NCBI GenBank assembly: GCA_963665615.2 | Contig: CAXXQE010000007.1 | Coordinates: forward strand, 248,001-312,000 | Length of the DNA stretch: 64,000 nucleotides | Origin: Syntrophales bacterium | GTDB taxonomy: Bacteria > Desulfobacterota > Syntrophia > Syntrophales > UBA4778 | Direction: 5' to 3' | Shown here: piece after piece, positions 19,959 to 29,024 of the stretch | How the letters are laid out: each line of letters begins with the position of its first letter | Numbering within the stretch: position 1 is the first letter of the stretch | Notes under the pieces: model-generated | Seen by the model: the letters and a program-made list of their open reading frames with translations, nothing else | Database searches by the model: none | Told to the model about the DNA's origin: nothing | Made by a program: the position numbers and the translations under genes

Positions 19959-21180
19959 ACAACCCGCTCCTCAACTTCGGCTCGAACCAGGTGGACTTGG
20001 GCGGCATAATGGCACCGGCATCCGCAACCTGCATCATTTGATCCAGCGTTGGCGGATACATCGAGAAGGCCACGGCATAGCCCCCCGAATCGACAACCTT
20101 TTCCAGTTCGTTCATGCCGCGAATGCCGCCGATGAACTTGATCCGTTTATCGACCCGCGGATCGCCGATCCCGAGGATCGGATGCAGGAGGTGATTCTGG
20201 AGGATGGAGACATCGAGTGCAGAGACGATATCGCCCTTCGCATCAGCGCCCTCTTCCGCAATCAGTCGATACCACTTGCCGTCGAGATACATGCCGAATT
20301 CGTGCAGTCTCTCGGGTGAGCGCTCCTTGAAATCAGGCACAATTTTGAAACGCTCGCCGACGGCTTTCAGGTACTCATCAACCGTCAGATTGTTGAGATC
20401 CTTGACTGCACGGTTGTAATCCATGATCCGCAACTGGTCATGGGGGAAGAGGACTGACAGGATATAGTTGTATTCCTCTTCGCCCGTATGGTGCCGATTC
20501 GCCTGACGCCTTCTTCTTGCAACCTCCGTGGCAGACGCCGCACGATGGTGCCCGTCGGCAATGTAGAGATAGGGAATCTGCGCAAATTCTCGAACGATGA
20601 CGTTGATCTGATCGGTGCCGGGAATAGTCCAGACCGTGTGACGGATACCGTCGTCCGTGGTGAAGTCGTATTCGGGCTCATTCAAAACCACGCCGTCGAT
20701 GATCGTCTGAACAACGGGATTGGCCCGGTATGTGAGGAAGATGGGACCCGTCTGGGCATTGAGGACATCGAAGTGCTTTGTCCGATCCGCCAGCTTCTCG
20801 GCGAGCGTCAGTTCGTGCTTCTTGACCCGCTCCTTTTCGTAGTCGGAGACGTGCACACCCACCACCAATCCATACTGTGTCCGCTTCCCCATGGTCTGAG
20901 CGTAAACGTAAAATATTGGACGCTCCTCCTGCACGAGAATGCCCCGGTTCAGGAACGCTTGGAGATTTGATTTCGCCTTTTCATAGACCTCAGGGGCATG
21001 GAAAGGGGTCCCCTCGGGCAGATCGATTTCCGCCTTGGAGATATGGAGAAAACTCGCCTCGTTTCCGATCGCCATGACGCGCGCCTCGTCCGAACTCATC
21101 ACATCATATGGCAATGACGCCACGTTCTTGACATGCTGTTTAGCGGGTCTCACGGCCCTGAATGGAGATATTTTTGCCAT
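19942..21180 (-). CDS. DUF1015 family protein
   Basis: PFRAVRP, PYDV, KKHELT, YIADGHHR, MPPKSTWFEPKLRSGL. Confidence 0.92.
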   Translation of the reverse strand: MAKISPFRAVRPAKQHVKNVASLPYDVMSSDEARVMAIGNEASFLHISKAEIDLPEGTPFHAPEVYEKAKSNLQAFLNRGILVQEERPIFYVYAQTMGKRTQYGLVVGVHVSDYEKERVKKHELTLAEKLADRTKHFDVLNAQTGPIFLTYRANPVVQTIIDGVVLNEPEYDFTTDDGIRHTVWTIPGTDQINVIVREFAQIPYLYIADGHHRAASATEVARRRRQANRHHTGEEEYNYILSVLFPHDQLRIMDYNRAVKDLNNLTVDEYLKAVGERFKIVPDFKERSPERLHEFGMYLDGKWYRLIAEEGADAKGDIVSALDVSILQNHLLHPILGIGDPRVDKRIKFIGGIRGMNELEKVVDSGGYAVAFSMYPPTLDQMMQVADAGAIMPPKSTWFEPKLRSGLFVHLF

Positions 21181-21257
21181 ATAAATTAATTATACCCTTC
21201 TCAACGTTTTCTTCTTAAGTCTGCATGGTAACAAAATTGACATGAAAAAACTATTGC

Positions 21258-21353
21258 CAGGCTATTTATGAGACAAGGCATCGCACTGGTCCCGCTGCAG
21301 CATCTGGGTCATCCGCAGCACAACGCCGTATATGAATCTTTTTGAATAGTCTG
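21258..21353 (+). repeat. Repeat family R2 copy (degenerate MITE-like element)
   Basis: caggctatt ... aatagtctg termini; internal gagacaagg and caacgccgtatatga also match the 26364 copy. Confidence 0.5.
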
Positions 21354-21482
21354 CGAGAGCTACCTAACACACGGTCCGAATTAAAATCAACAGCTGTTTT
21401 GACTGTAGAAACGCCAAGGACCGGTTGACATTGCCGTCCATCTTCCCTATACTTCGCTCCAACCTAACGTAAAGGGACACTC

Positions 21483-21968
21483 GTGAAACCCGTCAATCGC
21501 ATCTTCATTCACGGTCTCGAAAGCAGCAGTCAGGGCAACAAGGGGCGCTATTTCAAGACCCACTATCCCGAGATGACCGTCGAAGACTTCGAGGGCCCCC
21601 TCGACAACAGGATGGAAAAACTCGAGCGGCTGCTGGCTGATCGCGACAATCTCATTCTGATCGGATCGAGCTTCGGCGGCCTCATGGCCGCCATCTATGC
21701 CTCTCGTCATCCGGGATCGGTCAACCGGCTCGTTCTCCTGGCCCCGGCGCTGGATCTAGAGGATTTCGCGCCTCACGCGGAACACAAGCTCGATATCCCC
21801 GTCACGATTTATCATGCCCGTCAGGACGATATCGTGCCGATGATGCCGGTCAGAACGATAGCGGAACGAATTTATGCAAACCTCAATTTCAATGTCGTCG
21901 ATGACGACCACCCCCTGAGCGCAACCTTTCCGACGCTGCCCTGGGAGGCCTTACTTGCTGAGGACTGA
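21483..21968 (+). CDS. Small alpha/beta hydrolase (YqiA/YcfP-like)
   Basis: FIHGLES, GSSFGG nucleophile elbow, DDIVP, DDDH. Confidence 0.85.
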   Translation: MKPVNRIFIHGLESSSQGNKGRYFKTHYPEMTVEDFEGPLDNRMEKLERLLADRDNLILIGSSFGGLMAAIYASRHPGSVNRLVLLAPALDLEDFAPHAEHKLDIPVTIYHARQDDIVPMMPVRTIAERIYANLNFNVVDDDHPLSATFPTLPWEALLAED

Positions 21969-22388
21969 ATGAGCGACATGTACACAAAAAAGATCGTGAT
22001 CCGCTATCCGGCCGACGCGGTCGCCCAACCGGTTGTCTACCGACTCGTAAAGGACTTCGATCTTCAGTTCAATATCCTCAAAGCCCGGATCGATCAGCGC
22101 CGAGAGGGACTTCTGGTGCTGGATCTTTGCGGCTCCAAAGAGAATTTCGATAAGGGAATCGCTTTCTTAAAGGAATGCGGCTTGAAGATTGAGGCGCTTT
22201 CGAAGAGTGTTACACGCAATTTGGATCGCTGCGTCCATTGCGGCGCCTGCATTGCATTTTGTCCCACTGCAGCGCTCCATTTCGACACGGATTCGCCCCA
22301 AATCGTCTTTGAGCCTGAAAAATGTAGCGGTTGTGAGATCTGTGTGAAGGCATGCCCGCCCAGGGCGATGGAAATCGATCTTCTGTAA
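21969..22388 (+). CDS. NIL-domain 2x[4Fe-4S] ferredoxin
   Basis: N-terminal NIL domain (PVVYRLVKDFDLQFNILKA.I) plus CVHCGACIAFCP and CSGCEICVKACP. Confidence 0.9.
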   Translation: MSDMYTKKIVIRYPADAVAQPVVYRLVKDFDLQFNILKARIDQRREGLLVLDLCGSKENFDKGIAFLKECGLKIEALSKSVTRNLDRCVHCGACIAFCPTAALHFDTDSPQIVFEPEKCSGCEICVKACPPRAMEIDLL

Positions 22389-22461
22389 CAGACTGTTTTA
22401 AAAGGCTCATATGATTCGTTCAAGCGCGGCGCCTTGCCTCTAAGCCTTTTTAAACAGTCTG
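22389..22461. repeat. Repeat family R2 copy with near-perfect terminal inverted repeats
   Basis: cagactgttttaaaaggct ... agcctttttaaacagtctg, between convergent genes. Confidence 0.75.
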
Positions 22462-22479
22462 ACTTAAACGTAACAACGC

Positions 22480-22800
22480 CTAGACTTTTTGGTCCTTTGT
22501 CTCCTCATGTTGCCTGTGCTCGTTGATCTTCTTCTTTCCCCAGTAGAGCCAGGCCTTGCCATGATCGATCCAGCCGCCGACCTGCCCCTTCGTTTCCAAA
22601 AGCGAGGTACGCAATCTCTGGTTGAAGTTGCCTTCCGCCCTGTAGTAATGGTAACCTGCTAAACCGAAGAAGATAACCAGGATCGCAATCACGACGATCC
22701 TGAAGAAGGTCTTGACGAGATAATACATCAAAACCAGAAGCAATAGACACAGAATGGCCAGCGTGGCCGGATGGAAAAGAAAGTTCAAGAAGGAATCCAC
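22480..22800 (-). CDS. Small hypothetical membrane protein
   Basis: Two hydrophobic helices and a basic tail; GAGG directly adjacent to the GTG start. Confidence 0.6.
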   Translation of the reverse strand: MDSFLNFLFHPATLAILCLLLLVLMYYLVKTFFRIVVIAILVIFFGLAGYHYYRAEGNFNQRLRTSLLETKGQVGGWIDHGKAWLYWGKKKINEHRQHEETKDQKV

Positions 22801-22869
22801 CTCGACACCTCAAGGTTGTATTTTTTCAAGGCTGCATCCTACTAGAGTCATTGCCAAAAGGCGAGCATT

Positions 22870-24222
22870 TTGAAACCGAACGACAAGGCACCTCGTATCG
22901 CCATTACCACCCTCGGCTGCAAGGTCAATCAATACGAATCCGCCGGGATTTCGGCAGCCTTGGCGGCCCAAGGTGCAACATTGGTCCCCTTCGAAGAGCC
23001 GGCAGATATCTATGTGATTAACACCTGCACGGTCACCGAGAAGACGGACGCCCAGTCGCGCCAGTTGATCAGCCGGGCCAACCGGATGAATCCCAAGGCC
23101 GACATCGTCGTCACGGGCTGCTATGCCCAGATGGCCGCCGAGGTCATCTCCAGACTCCCGGGAGTTCAGATCGTCGTCGGAACCGACCAGAAAGAGAAGC
23201 TTCCGCACCGCATCCTGTCGCTCCTTGCCGAAAGACAGGATATCCAAGAACAGCCGCAAATACTGGTCACCCCGGACATGACAGGCGGATTCGATTACCG
23301 GAACGACACCTGCCTGACCGATCATACGCGCGCCTTCTTGAAAATTCAGGACGGCTGCGACGCCTTCTGCAGCTACTGTATCGTGCCTTATGCCCGCGGC
23401 CGCTCCCGCAGCCTCGATCCTGACTCTGTCCTGCGACGGTTGAAGGCCCTTGCCGCGAAGGGGTTTCGTGAGATCGTCCTGACGGGCGTCCATCTGGGAA
23501 TGTATGGCCTGGATCTGGAATCCCCTGCGGATCTCCTGACGCTACTTCAGATGATCGAAGCGTCCGACATCGATCTGCCGAGATTGCGCCTCAGTTCGAT
23601 AGAACCGACAGAGATCACCGACGCCCTGATCGCGCATATCGCTGCCTCCCGGATGATCTGTCCACATTTTCACATCCCCATGCAGAGTGGCAGCAATAAA
23701 ATATTGACCGCCATGAAGCGATGCTATAATAATCAGGCATTTAAAAACATCGTTTTGAAAATACTTGAGATCATTCCAGATGCCGGCATCGGCATCGACG
23801 TCATGGCCGGTTTTCCCGGTGAGGATGATCGGGATTTTCAGGATACGGTCGATTTTATCATCAACCTGCACGTCGCCTATCTTCATGTCTTTCCCTATTC
23901 TCGGCGAAGCGGCACCGAGGCGGCGGATTATCCCGGCCAATTGAGAGAAACCGTTAAAAAAGAGCGTGCGCGTTTTTTAAGAAACCTCGGCAGGCAGAAG
24001 CGGCATACCTTTGAAGAGCGCTTCATCGGCAAGCGCCTCACCGTCTTGATCGAGAAGGAAAGAGACCGCGAAACGGGGCTGATGAAGGGCTTCTCCGGCA
24101 ATTATATTCCCGTGCTGATTGCGAACAGCAACGATGAGCCGGTCCGGGAAAACCACCTCTCGCAGATCATCGGCATCGGCATTTGCGAAGACAAACTCCT
24201 TGGTAGGTTTTGCGATGAGTGA
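22870..24222 (+). CDS. mtaB: tRNA t6A methylthiotransferase MtaB
   Basis: TLGCKVNQYES, INTCTVT, TGCYAQ, RAFLKIQDGCDAFCSYC, HVFPYS.R.GT. Confidence 0.93.
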   Translation: MKPNDKAPRIAITTLGCKVNQYESAGISAALAAQGATLVPFEEPADIYVINTCTVTEKTDAQSRQLISRANRMNPKADIVVTGCYAQMAAEVISRLPGVQIVVGTDQKEKLPHRILSLLAERQDIQEQPQILVTPDMTGGFDYRNDTCLTDHTRAFLKIQDGCDAFCSYCIVPYARGRSRSLDPDSVLRRLKALAAKGFREIVLTGVHLGMYGLDLESPADLLTLLQMIEASDIDLPRLRLSSIEPTEITDALIAHIAASRMICPHFHIPMQSGSNKILTAMKRCYNNQAFKNIVLKILEIIPDAGIGIDVMAGFPGEDDRDFQDTVDFIINLHVAYLHVFPYSRRSGTEAADYPGQLRETVKKERARFLRNLGRQKRHTFEERFIGKRLTVLIEKERDRETGLMKGFSGNYIPVLIANSNDEPVRENHLSQIIGIGICEDKLLGRFCDE

Positions 24223-24946
24223 CAGGATGGAACAACTTGAAAGGCTGGAGCAGATCCTGTCTTATACCTTCGCCAGACAGGACTTGCTTGACAATGCCCT
24301 GACCCATCGTTCCTTCATCAATGAGAATCAGGATCTCGACCTGAAAGACAACGAGCGCCTCGAATTCCTCGGAGACGCCGTTCTCGATCTGTGTATCAGC
24401 GACATGCTGATGCGCGTCTTTCCGGATCATACAGAAGGCCAGCTCTCAAAGATCCGGGCCTCCATTGTCAACGAGGCCACGCTGGCAGAGATGGCCCGGT
24501 CGTTCCAGCTGGGCGAATTCCTCCTCCTGGGAAAGGGCGAAGAAGGTTCCGGCGGTCGCAGCAAGCCTTCCATCCTCTCCGACGCCTTTGAGGCCGTGAT
24601 TGCCGCGTTTTATATCGACGGCGGTTTCAACGGGACGCTCGAGTATATCAGCAACCTCTTCGAACCCTACCTCCTCAAATGGAGCAATGCGCCGATCTAC
24701 AAAGATTACAAAACCACGCTTCAGGAGTTCTGCCAGAACCGCTTCAAGGTGGTGCCCAAATATCAGCTCATCTACGAAACCGGACCGGATCACGACAAGG
24801 TCTTCCACATTCAGTTGACCGTTTCCGACGTGCTGACGGCCACGGGGATCGGCAAAAGCAAGAAAGACGCCGAACAGCAGGCCGCCCGACAGGCGATCGA
24901 GGCCCTGAAGGAATCCGGTCAAATCAATCGGAACACGGTCCTCTGA
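24215..24946 (+). CDS. rnc: Ribonuclease III
   Basis: ALTHRS, NERLEFLGDAVL, DAFEA, dsRBD (DYKTTLQE...GKSKKDAEQQAA). Confidence 0.97.
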   Translation: MSDRMEQLERLEQILSYTFARQDLLDNALTHRSFINENQDLDLKDNERLEFLGDAVLDLCISDMLMRVFPDHTEGQLSKIRASIVNEATLAEMARSFQLGEFLLLGKGEEGSGGRSKPSILSDAFEAVIAAFYIDGGFNGTLEYISNLFEPYLLKWSNAPIYKDYKTTLQEFCQNRFKVVPKYQLIYETGPDHDKVFHIQLTVSDVLTATGIGKSKKDAEQQAARQAIEALKESGQINRNTVL

Positions 24947-26103
24947 TGACCAGACAGATTATTCCCATTTTCCTGCCGAACCGCGGCTGCCCGCAACGCT
25001 GCATTTTCTGCAACGAGCGGATCACCGCCGGTACTCATCCTGAAGACATTTCGCGAGAAGACATGGCGAAGGCAATCGCGCTGTACGGCGGAAATATACT
25101 TCCAGAGCATTCGCGTGCGGAACACAGTCCGGAAAGGCAGATCGCATTTTACGGCAGTAATTTCACCGGCATGCCCGTGGAAGATCAGACCACCTTTCTG
25201 GAAATGGCGCAGTCTTTCATCCATGCAGGCGGCATCGACAGCATCCGCATCTCGACGCGGCCGGATTATATCGATGAGGATCGGATCGATCTCTTGAAGC
25301 GTTTCTACGTCCGGACCGTCGAGGTCGGCGTCCAGTCCCTCACCGATAAAGTCCTGATGGCATGTAAACGAGGACACACCGCAGCGGATTCGATCCGAGC
25401 CGTTCAATGCTTGAAGGCCCGCGGATTTGAGACCGGCGTCCATCTGATGGCGGGACTTCCCGGAGACAATCGGAAAGGCTTTGAAGCGACGGTCGAAAAA
25501 ACGATTGACCTACGACCCGATACTGTGCGAATTCACCCCGTCCTGGTCTTCAGAAATACCGAACTCGCAGATATGCTCACACACGGCGACTACCGTCCGC
25601 TGGAACTGGACGAGGCGATCGATCTCTGCCGCTACGCTCTGCAACGCTTCCGCGCCAACGGCATCCAAGTCATTCGCCTCGGACTTCAGACAACAGATGC
25701 CATGCAGGAAGACGGCGCCATCGTGGCCGGTCCTTTCCACCCCGCCTTTCGATCGCTGGTGGAAGGAGCCATCTTTTACGATCTGGCCGCGCATCTCCTG
25801 CAAAAATCTGATATACAGAAGTCGCTGGAAACGAAATGCGCCTTCCGGGTCGCGCCTCAGGACCTCTCGGATTTTCGGGGAATTGGCAATAGAAACATGA
25901 TGGCCCTGAGGGAGCGGTTCGGCGGGAACTTTGCTGTCCTTACCGATGACTCGCTCAGGCGTGGAGAGGTCGTTCTGGAGATGGGAAAGCGGATTCATAC
26001 ATTGCATCGCGATGTTTTGAACAGTGTTTCAGAAACCGGATTGGAGACTCACCGGATCAAGCTCCGGCGAATCTCCGATTCACAGGGAAGCTGTTTGTCC
26101 TGA
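24946..26103 (+). CDS. Radical SAM protein, Elp3/YhcC-like
   Basis: IPIF....GCPQRCIFCN, AFYGSNFT, STRPD, VEVGVQS, GPFHPAF; last ~20 codons come from repeat R1. Confidence 0.88.
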   Translation: MTRQIIPIFLPNRGCPQRCIFCNERITAGTHPEDISREDMAKAIALYGGNILPEHSRAEHSPERQIAFYGSNFTGMPVEDQTTFLEMAQSFIHAGGIDSIRISTRPDYIDEDRIDLLKRFYVRTVEVGVQSLTDKVLMACKRGHTAADSIRAVQCLKARGFETGVHLMAGLPGDNRKGFEATVEKTIDLRPDTVRIHPVLVFRNTELADMLTHGDYRPLELDEAIDLCRYALQRFRANGIQVIRLGLQTTDAMQEDGAIVAGPFHPAFRSLVEGAIFYDLAAHLLQKSDIQKSLETKCAFRVAPQDLSDFRGIGNRNMMALRERFGGNFAVLTDDSLRRGEVVLEMGKRIHTLHRDVLNSVSETGLETHRIKLRRISDSQGSCLS

Positions 26104-26156
26104 TTCGTCCGCTTATCCCGCGGCAAGCCACGGGAATGCGCTCGCTGAAGAATTCC
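26041..26156 (-). mobile_element. Repeat family R1 copy B (full length)
   Basis: Reverse complement gaattcttcagcgagcgcattcccgtggcttgccgcgggataagcggacgaatcagg...gaatcggagattcgccggagcttgatccggtgagtctccaa. Confidence 0.8.
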
Positions 26157-26225
26157 CGCCTATGGGGGAATGATAATGAAGACCAGACTGCACCAATGCG
26201 AAGGAACAGAGTCGTAATTCTTGTT

Positions 26226-26318
26226 TGTCATTACGAGCCGCCTCTTAGGCGGCGTGGTAATCTCATGTTTGAGATGACTTCCGAGATTGCCGCGTCGCTG
26301 ACGCTCCCCGCAATGACA
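26226..26318. repeat. Palindromic REP/RPE-like element (tgtcatt.cg ... cgcaatgaca)
   Basis: Outer inverted repeat tgtcattacg/cgcaatgaca, inner gtggtaatctc/gagattgccgc, plus side hairpins. Confidence 0.7.
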
Positions 26319-26363
26319 CAACATTGAAGAGTTTTTCAACAGCCTGCTAGGCAGATTGTTGCC

Positions 26364-26503
26364 GACTGTTTTAAAAGGCTTAGAGACAAGGTGTGCGAGG
26401 ACCGGAAAGCGGAGCGTATTGATAATACGTGAGCATTTACGGCCCGAAGCGCAATCCCCGTCTGCGCGAGGACAGGCGCAGTATATAAGCCTTTTGTAAA
26501 GCC
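26364..26503 (+). repeat. Repeat family R2 long copy
   Basis: gactgttttaaaaggcttagagacaagg ... gcgtattgataatacg ... cgcagtatataagcctttt; termini shared with the 22389 copy. Confidence 0.65.
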
Positions 26504-26602
26504 TTCGGCTTTTTCCGGCAAGGTACTAAAAATAACTAGACACGAGTGCGCCTCCTTTATGGGAATGCGCCCCCGGTTAACAGCCGGCCAAAGGAGTTTT
26601 CT

Positions 26603-27487
26603 TTGTTTAAATCAGGTTACACCGCCATCATCGGCCGGCCCAATGTCGGAAAGTCCACGCTGCTCAACGCGCTTGTCGGCGAGAGGCTGGCCATCGCGAC
26701 CTATAAACCACAAACGACGCGCAACCGGATCGTCGGCATCGTCAATCACAAACAGGGACAGATGGTTTTTATCGACACGCCGGGCATCCATCGCGCGAAA
26801 TCACCGCTGAACAAGTACATGGTCAATGTAGCCGTCGATACCCTCTCGTCCGTTGATCTGGTCATGCTCCTGGTGGAAGCGGGCGCAGAGGAACACCCCG
26901 ATGATTCCTTCATTCTGGAGGCGGTGAAACGCTGCGGATTGCCTGCCATCCTGGTTATTAACAAGATCGACGCAATTAAGAAAGATGTTCTGCTGCCGCA
27001 GATAGACCGGCTCAGAACACTTCATGATTTTGACGCGATCATCCCGATTTCAGCCCGGAAGCGTGACGGCCTCGACATTCTAACTGAAAACATCCTGAAG
27101 CTGCTCCCGGAGGGAGATCCTGTCTTCCCCGAGGACCAGTTCACGGAGTCCTCCGAACGTTTCCTGGCAGCCGAAACCATTCGCGAGAAGATCATCCTCC
27201 TGACCGAGCAGGAGATTCCCTATTCAACAGCAGTCATTATCGACACCTTTAAAGAAGACGAGGCCAAAAACCTGATCAAAATCCAGGCCACGATCCAAGT
27301 CGAAAAGGAATCACAGAAAGGGATCATCATCGGCAAACGGGGCGCCATGCTCAAAGAGATCGGCACCAAGGCTCGTCTCGATATGGAACGCTTCTTTGCC
27401 TCGCGGATATATCTGGAGCTCTTCGTAAAGGTCAGAAGTAGATGGACGGAAAATCCCAGGGACCTTAGGGATCTGGGGTATGAATAA
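26603..27487 (+). CDS. era: GTPase Era
   Basis: GRPNVGKSTL, PQTTRN, DTPG, NKID, KH domain (SQKGIIIGK); TTG start after AAGGAG. Confidence 0.97.
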   Translation: MFKSGYTAIIGRPNVGKSTLLNALVGERLAIATYKPQTTRNRIVGIVNHKQGQMVFIDTPGIHRAKSPLNKYMVNVAVDTLSSVDLVMLLVEAGAEEHPDDSFILEAVKRCGLPAILVINKIDAIKKDVLLPQIDRLRTLHDFDAIIPISARKRDGLDILTENILKLLPEGDPVFPEDQFTESSERFLAAETIREKIILLTEQEIPYSTAVIIDTFKEDEAKNLIKIQATIQVEKESQKGIIIGKRGAMLKEIGTKARLDMERFFASRIYLELFVKVRSRWTENPRDLRDLGYE

Positions 27488-27490
27488 AAG

Positions 27491-27640
27491 AAAGTAAACA
27501 GTAAACAGTGAATAGTAGAAATCGATTTTTTATTACAGTTCCCGTTGACGGTCACGCGAAGACAAGTGGACGAGCGAAACGCGTTGATAGGATTGCGACT
27601 CCTGTTTTCTAACTGTTTACTATTTACTGTTCACTGTTTT
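27491..27640. repeat. Inverted pair of heptamer tandem arrays (GTRAAYA)n / (TRTTYAC)n
   Basis: gtaaaca-gtaaaca-gtgaata-gt at 27494 and tgtttac-tatttac-tgttcac-tg at 27614. Confidence 0.7.
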
Positions 27641-27650
27641 CGAGGAGCAA

Positions 27651-28976
27651 ATGAACCCAATCGTCGCTATCATCGGCCGACCAAACGTCGGCAAATCGAC
27701 CCTTTTCAACCGGCTGTCTGAGCAGAAGAAGGCCATCGTCATCGACGAGCCCGGCGCCACGCGCGACCGCAACTACGCCGAGACCTCGTGGCTGGATCGA
27801 CACTTTACGCTGATCGATACGGGGGGATTCGAGCCGGTCTCGACCGAAAAGATACTGACGCAGATGCGGGAGCAAACGAGTCTGGCCATCGAGGAAGCAG
27901 ACGTCATTATCTTTCTTTTGGACGGAAAGGATGGCCTGACACCTGCGGACCGCGACATCACTGATCTGCTCCGGCGGACGGGCAAGCCCGTTTTCTTCGT
28001 CGTCAACAAGATTGACGGACCGAAGCACGAAAACCTCGCCATGGAGTTCTATGGCCTCGGGATTGAAAAGCTCTATACAATATCCGCGCAGCACGGCCTC
28101 GGCACGGGAGACCTGATGGACGACGTCATCAAGGAACTTCCTGCGACGGAACCGCCGCCCGAGGAAGAGGACAGCCGCATCCGCATCGCCGTGATCGGTC
28201 GCCCCAATGCGGGAAAATCATCGCTCGTCAACAAGATCCTCGGTTATGAACGGACGATCGTCAATCCCATGCCCGGCACCACGCGTGACGCGATCGACAC
28301 CGACTTCGAGGTCGGCGAGCGCAAGTATACCCTGATCGACACCGCGGGCATCCGCCGCAAAAGCCGGATAAGCCTCACGCTTGAAAAATACACGATCATG
28401 GAAGCCCTGCGGACGCTGGACCGCTCCGACGTGGCACTCATCCTGATCGATGCCGAGCAGGGCATCGCTGAGCAGGACGCCAAGATCGCCGGCCTCGCCC
28501 TTGAGAAGGGTGTCATCTGTATTGTGGTCGTGAATAAATGGGATCTGATCGAAAAGGACAACAGCACCGTCGGAGAGTACGTCTTCAGGATCAAGGACGA
28601 GCTGAAGTTCCTGGACTTCGCCCCGATCGTCTTTATCTCGGCGTTGACCGGACAACGCGTTCATACGCTCTTCGATGTAATCGAAGACTGCTACGCCCAG
28701 TACACCAGACGGATACAGACCTCGGAGCTCAACCGTCAGATCCGCGCTTTCCTCGCGGAAAATCCGGCCCCGCGCCATCGCAACCGTCCGAACCCGATCA
28801 ACTTCGCGACACAGGCGTCCGTCAAACCGCCGACCTTCGTCCTATTTGTGAAGGAGCCGAAGGCGATCCATTTTTCATATCGACGATATTTGATGAATAG
28901 AATCCGGGAAGCGTTTGGATTTGACAAGACGCCGGTGCGGATTTATTTCAGGAGCAAAAATCAGGAATCGGCATAA
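27651..28976 (+). CDS. der: Ribosome biogenesis GTPase Der (EngA)
   Basis: Two GTPase domains (GRPNVGKS/DTGG and GRPNAGKS/DTAG) and C-terminal PPTFV. Confidence 0.97.
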   Translation: MNPIVAIIGRPNVGKSTLFNRLSEQKKAIVIDEPGATRDRNYAETSWLDRHFTLIDTGGFEPVSTEKILTQMREQTSLAIEEADVIIFLLDGKDGLTPADRDITDLLRRTGKPVFFVVNKIDGPKHENLAMEFYGLGIEKLYTISAQHGLGTGDLMDDVIKELPATEPPPEEEDSRIRIAVIGRPNAGKSSLVNKILGYERTIVNPMPGTTRDAIDTDFEVGERKYTLIDTAGIRRKSRISLTLEKYTIMEALRTLDRSDVALILIDAEQGIAEQDAKIAGLALEKGVICIVVVNKWDLIEKDNSTVGEYVFRIKDELKFLDFAPIVFISALTGQRVHTLFDVIEDCYAQYTRRIQTSELNRQIRAFLAENPAPRHRNRPNPINFATQASVKPPTFVLFVKEPKAIHFSYRRYLMNRIREAFGFDKTPVRIYFRSKNQESA

Positions 28977-29007
28977 AAAAAGGGGGCTTTCTGGTAAAAG
29001 CCCCCTC
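28975..29007. terminator. Terminator between convergent der and pilA
   Basis: A-run then agggggcttt-ctggta-aaagccccct. Confidence 0.75.
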
Positions 29008-29024
29008 TGCATTATGAAATAGTG

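Noticed and set aside
24679..24945. N-terminal extension of the radical SAM ORF
   Set aside because: Overlaps rnc out of frame; the natural start is the TGATG junction at 24946
26136..26521. Short ORFs (63 aa and 61 aa) upstream of era
   Set aside because: They run through stacked palindromic repeats and have no RBS or protein motifs
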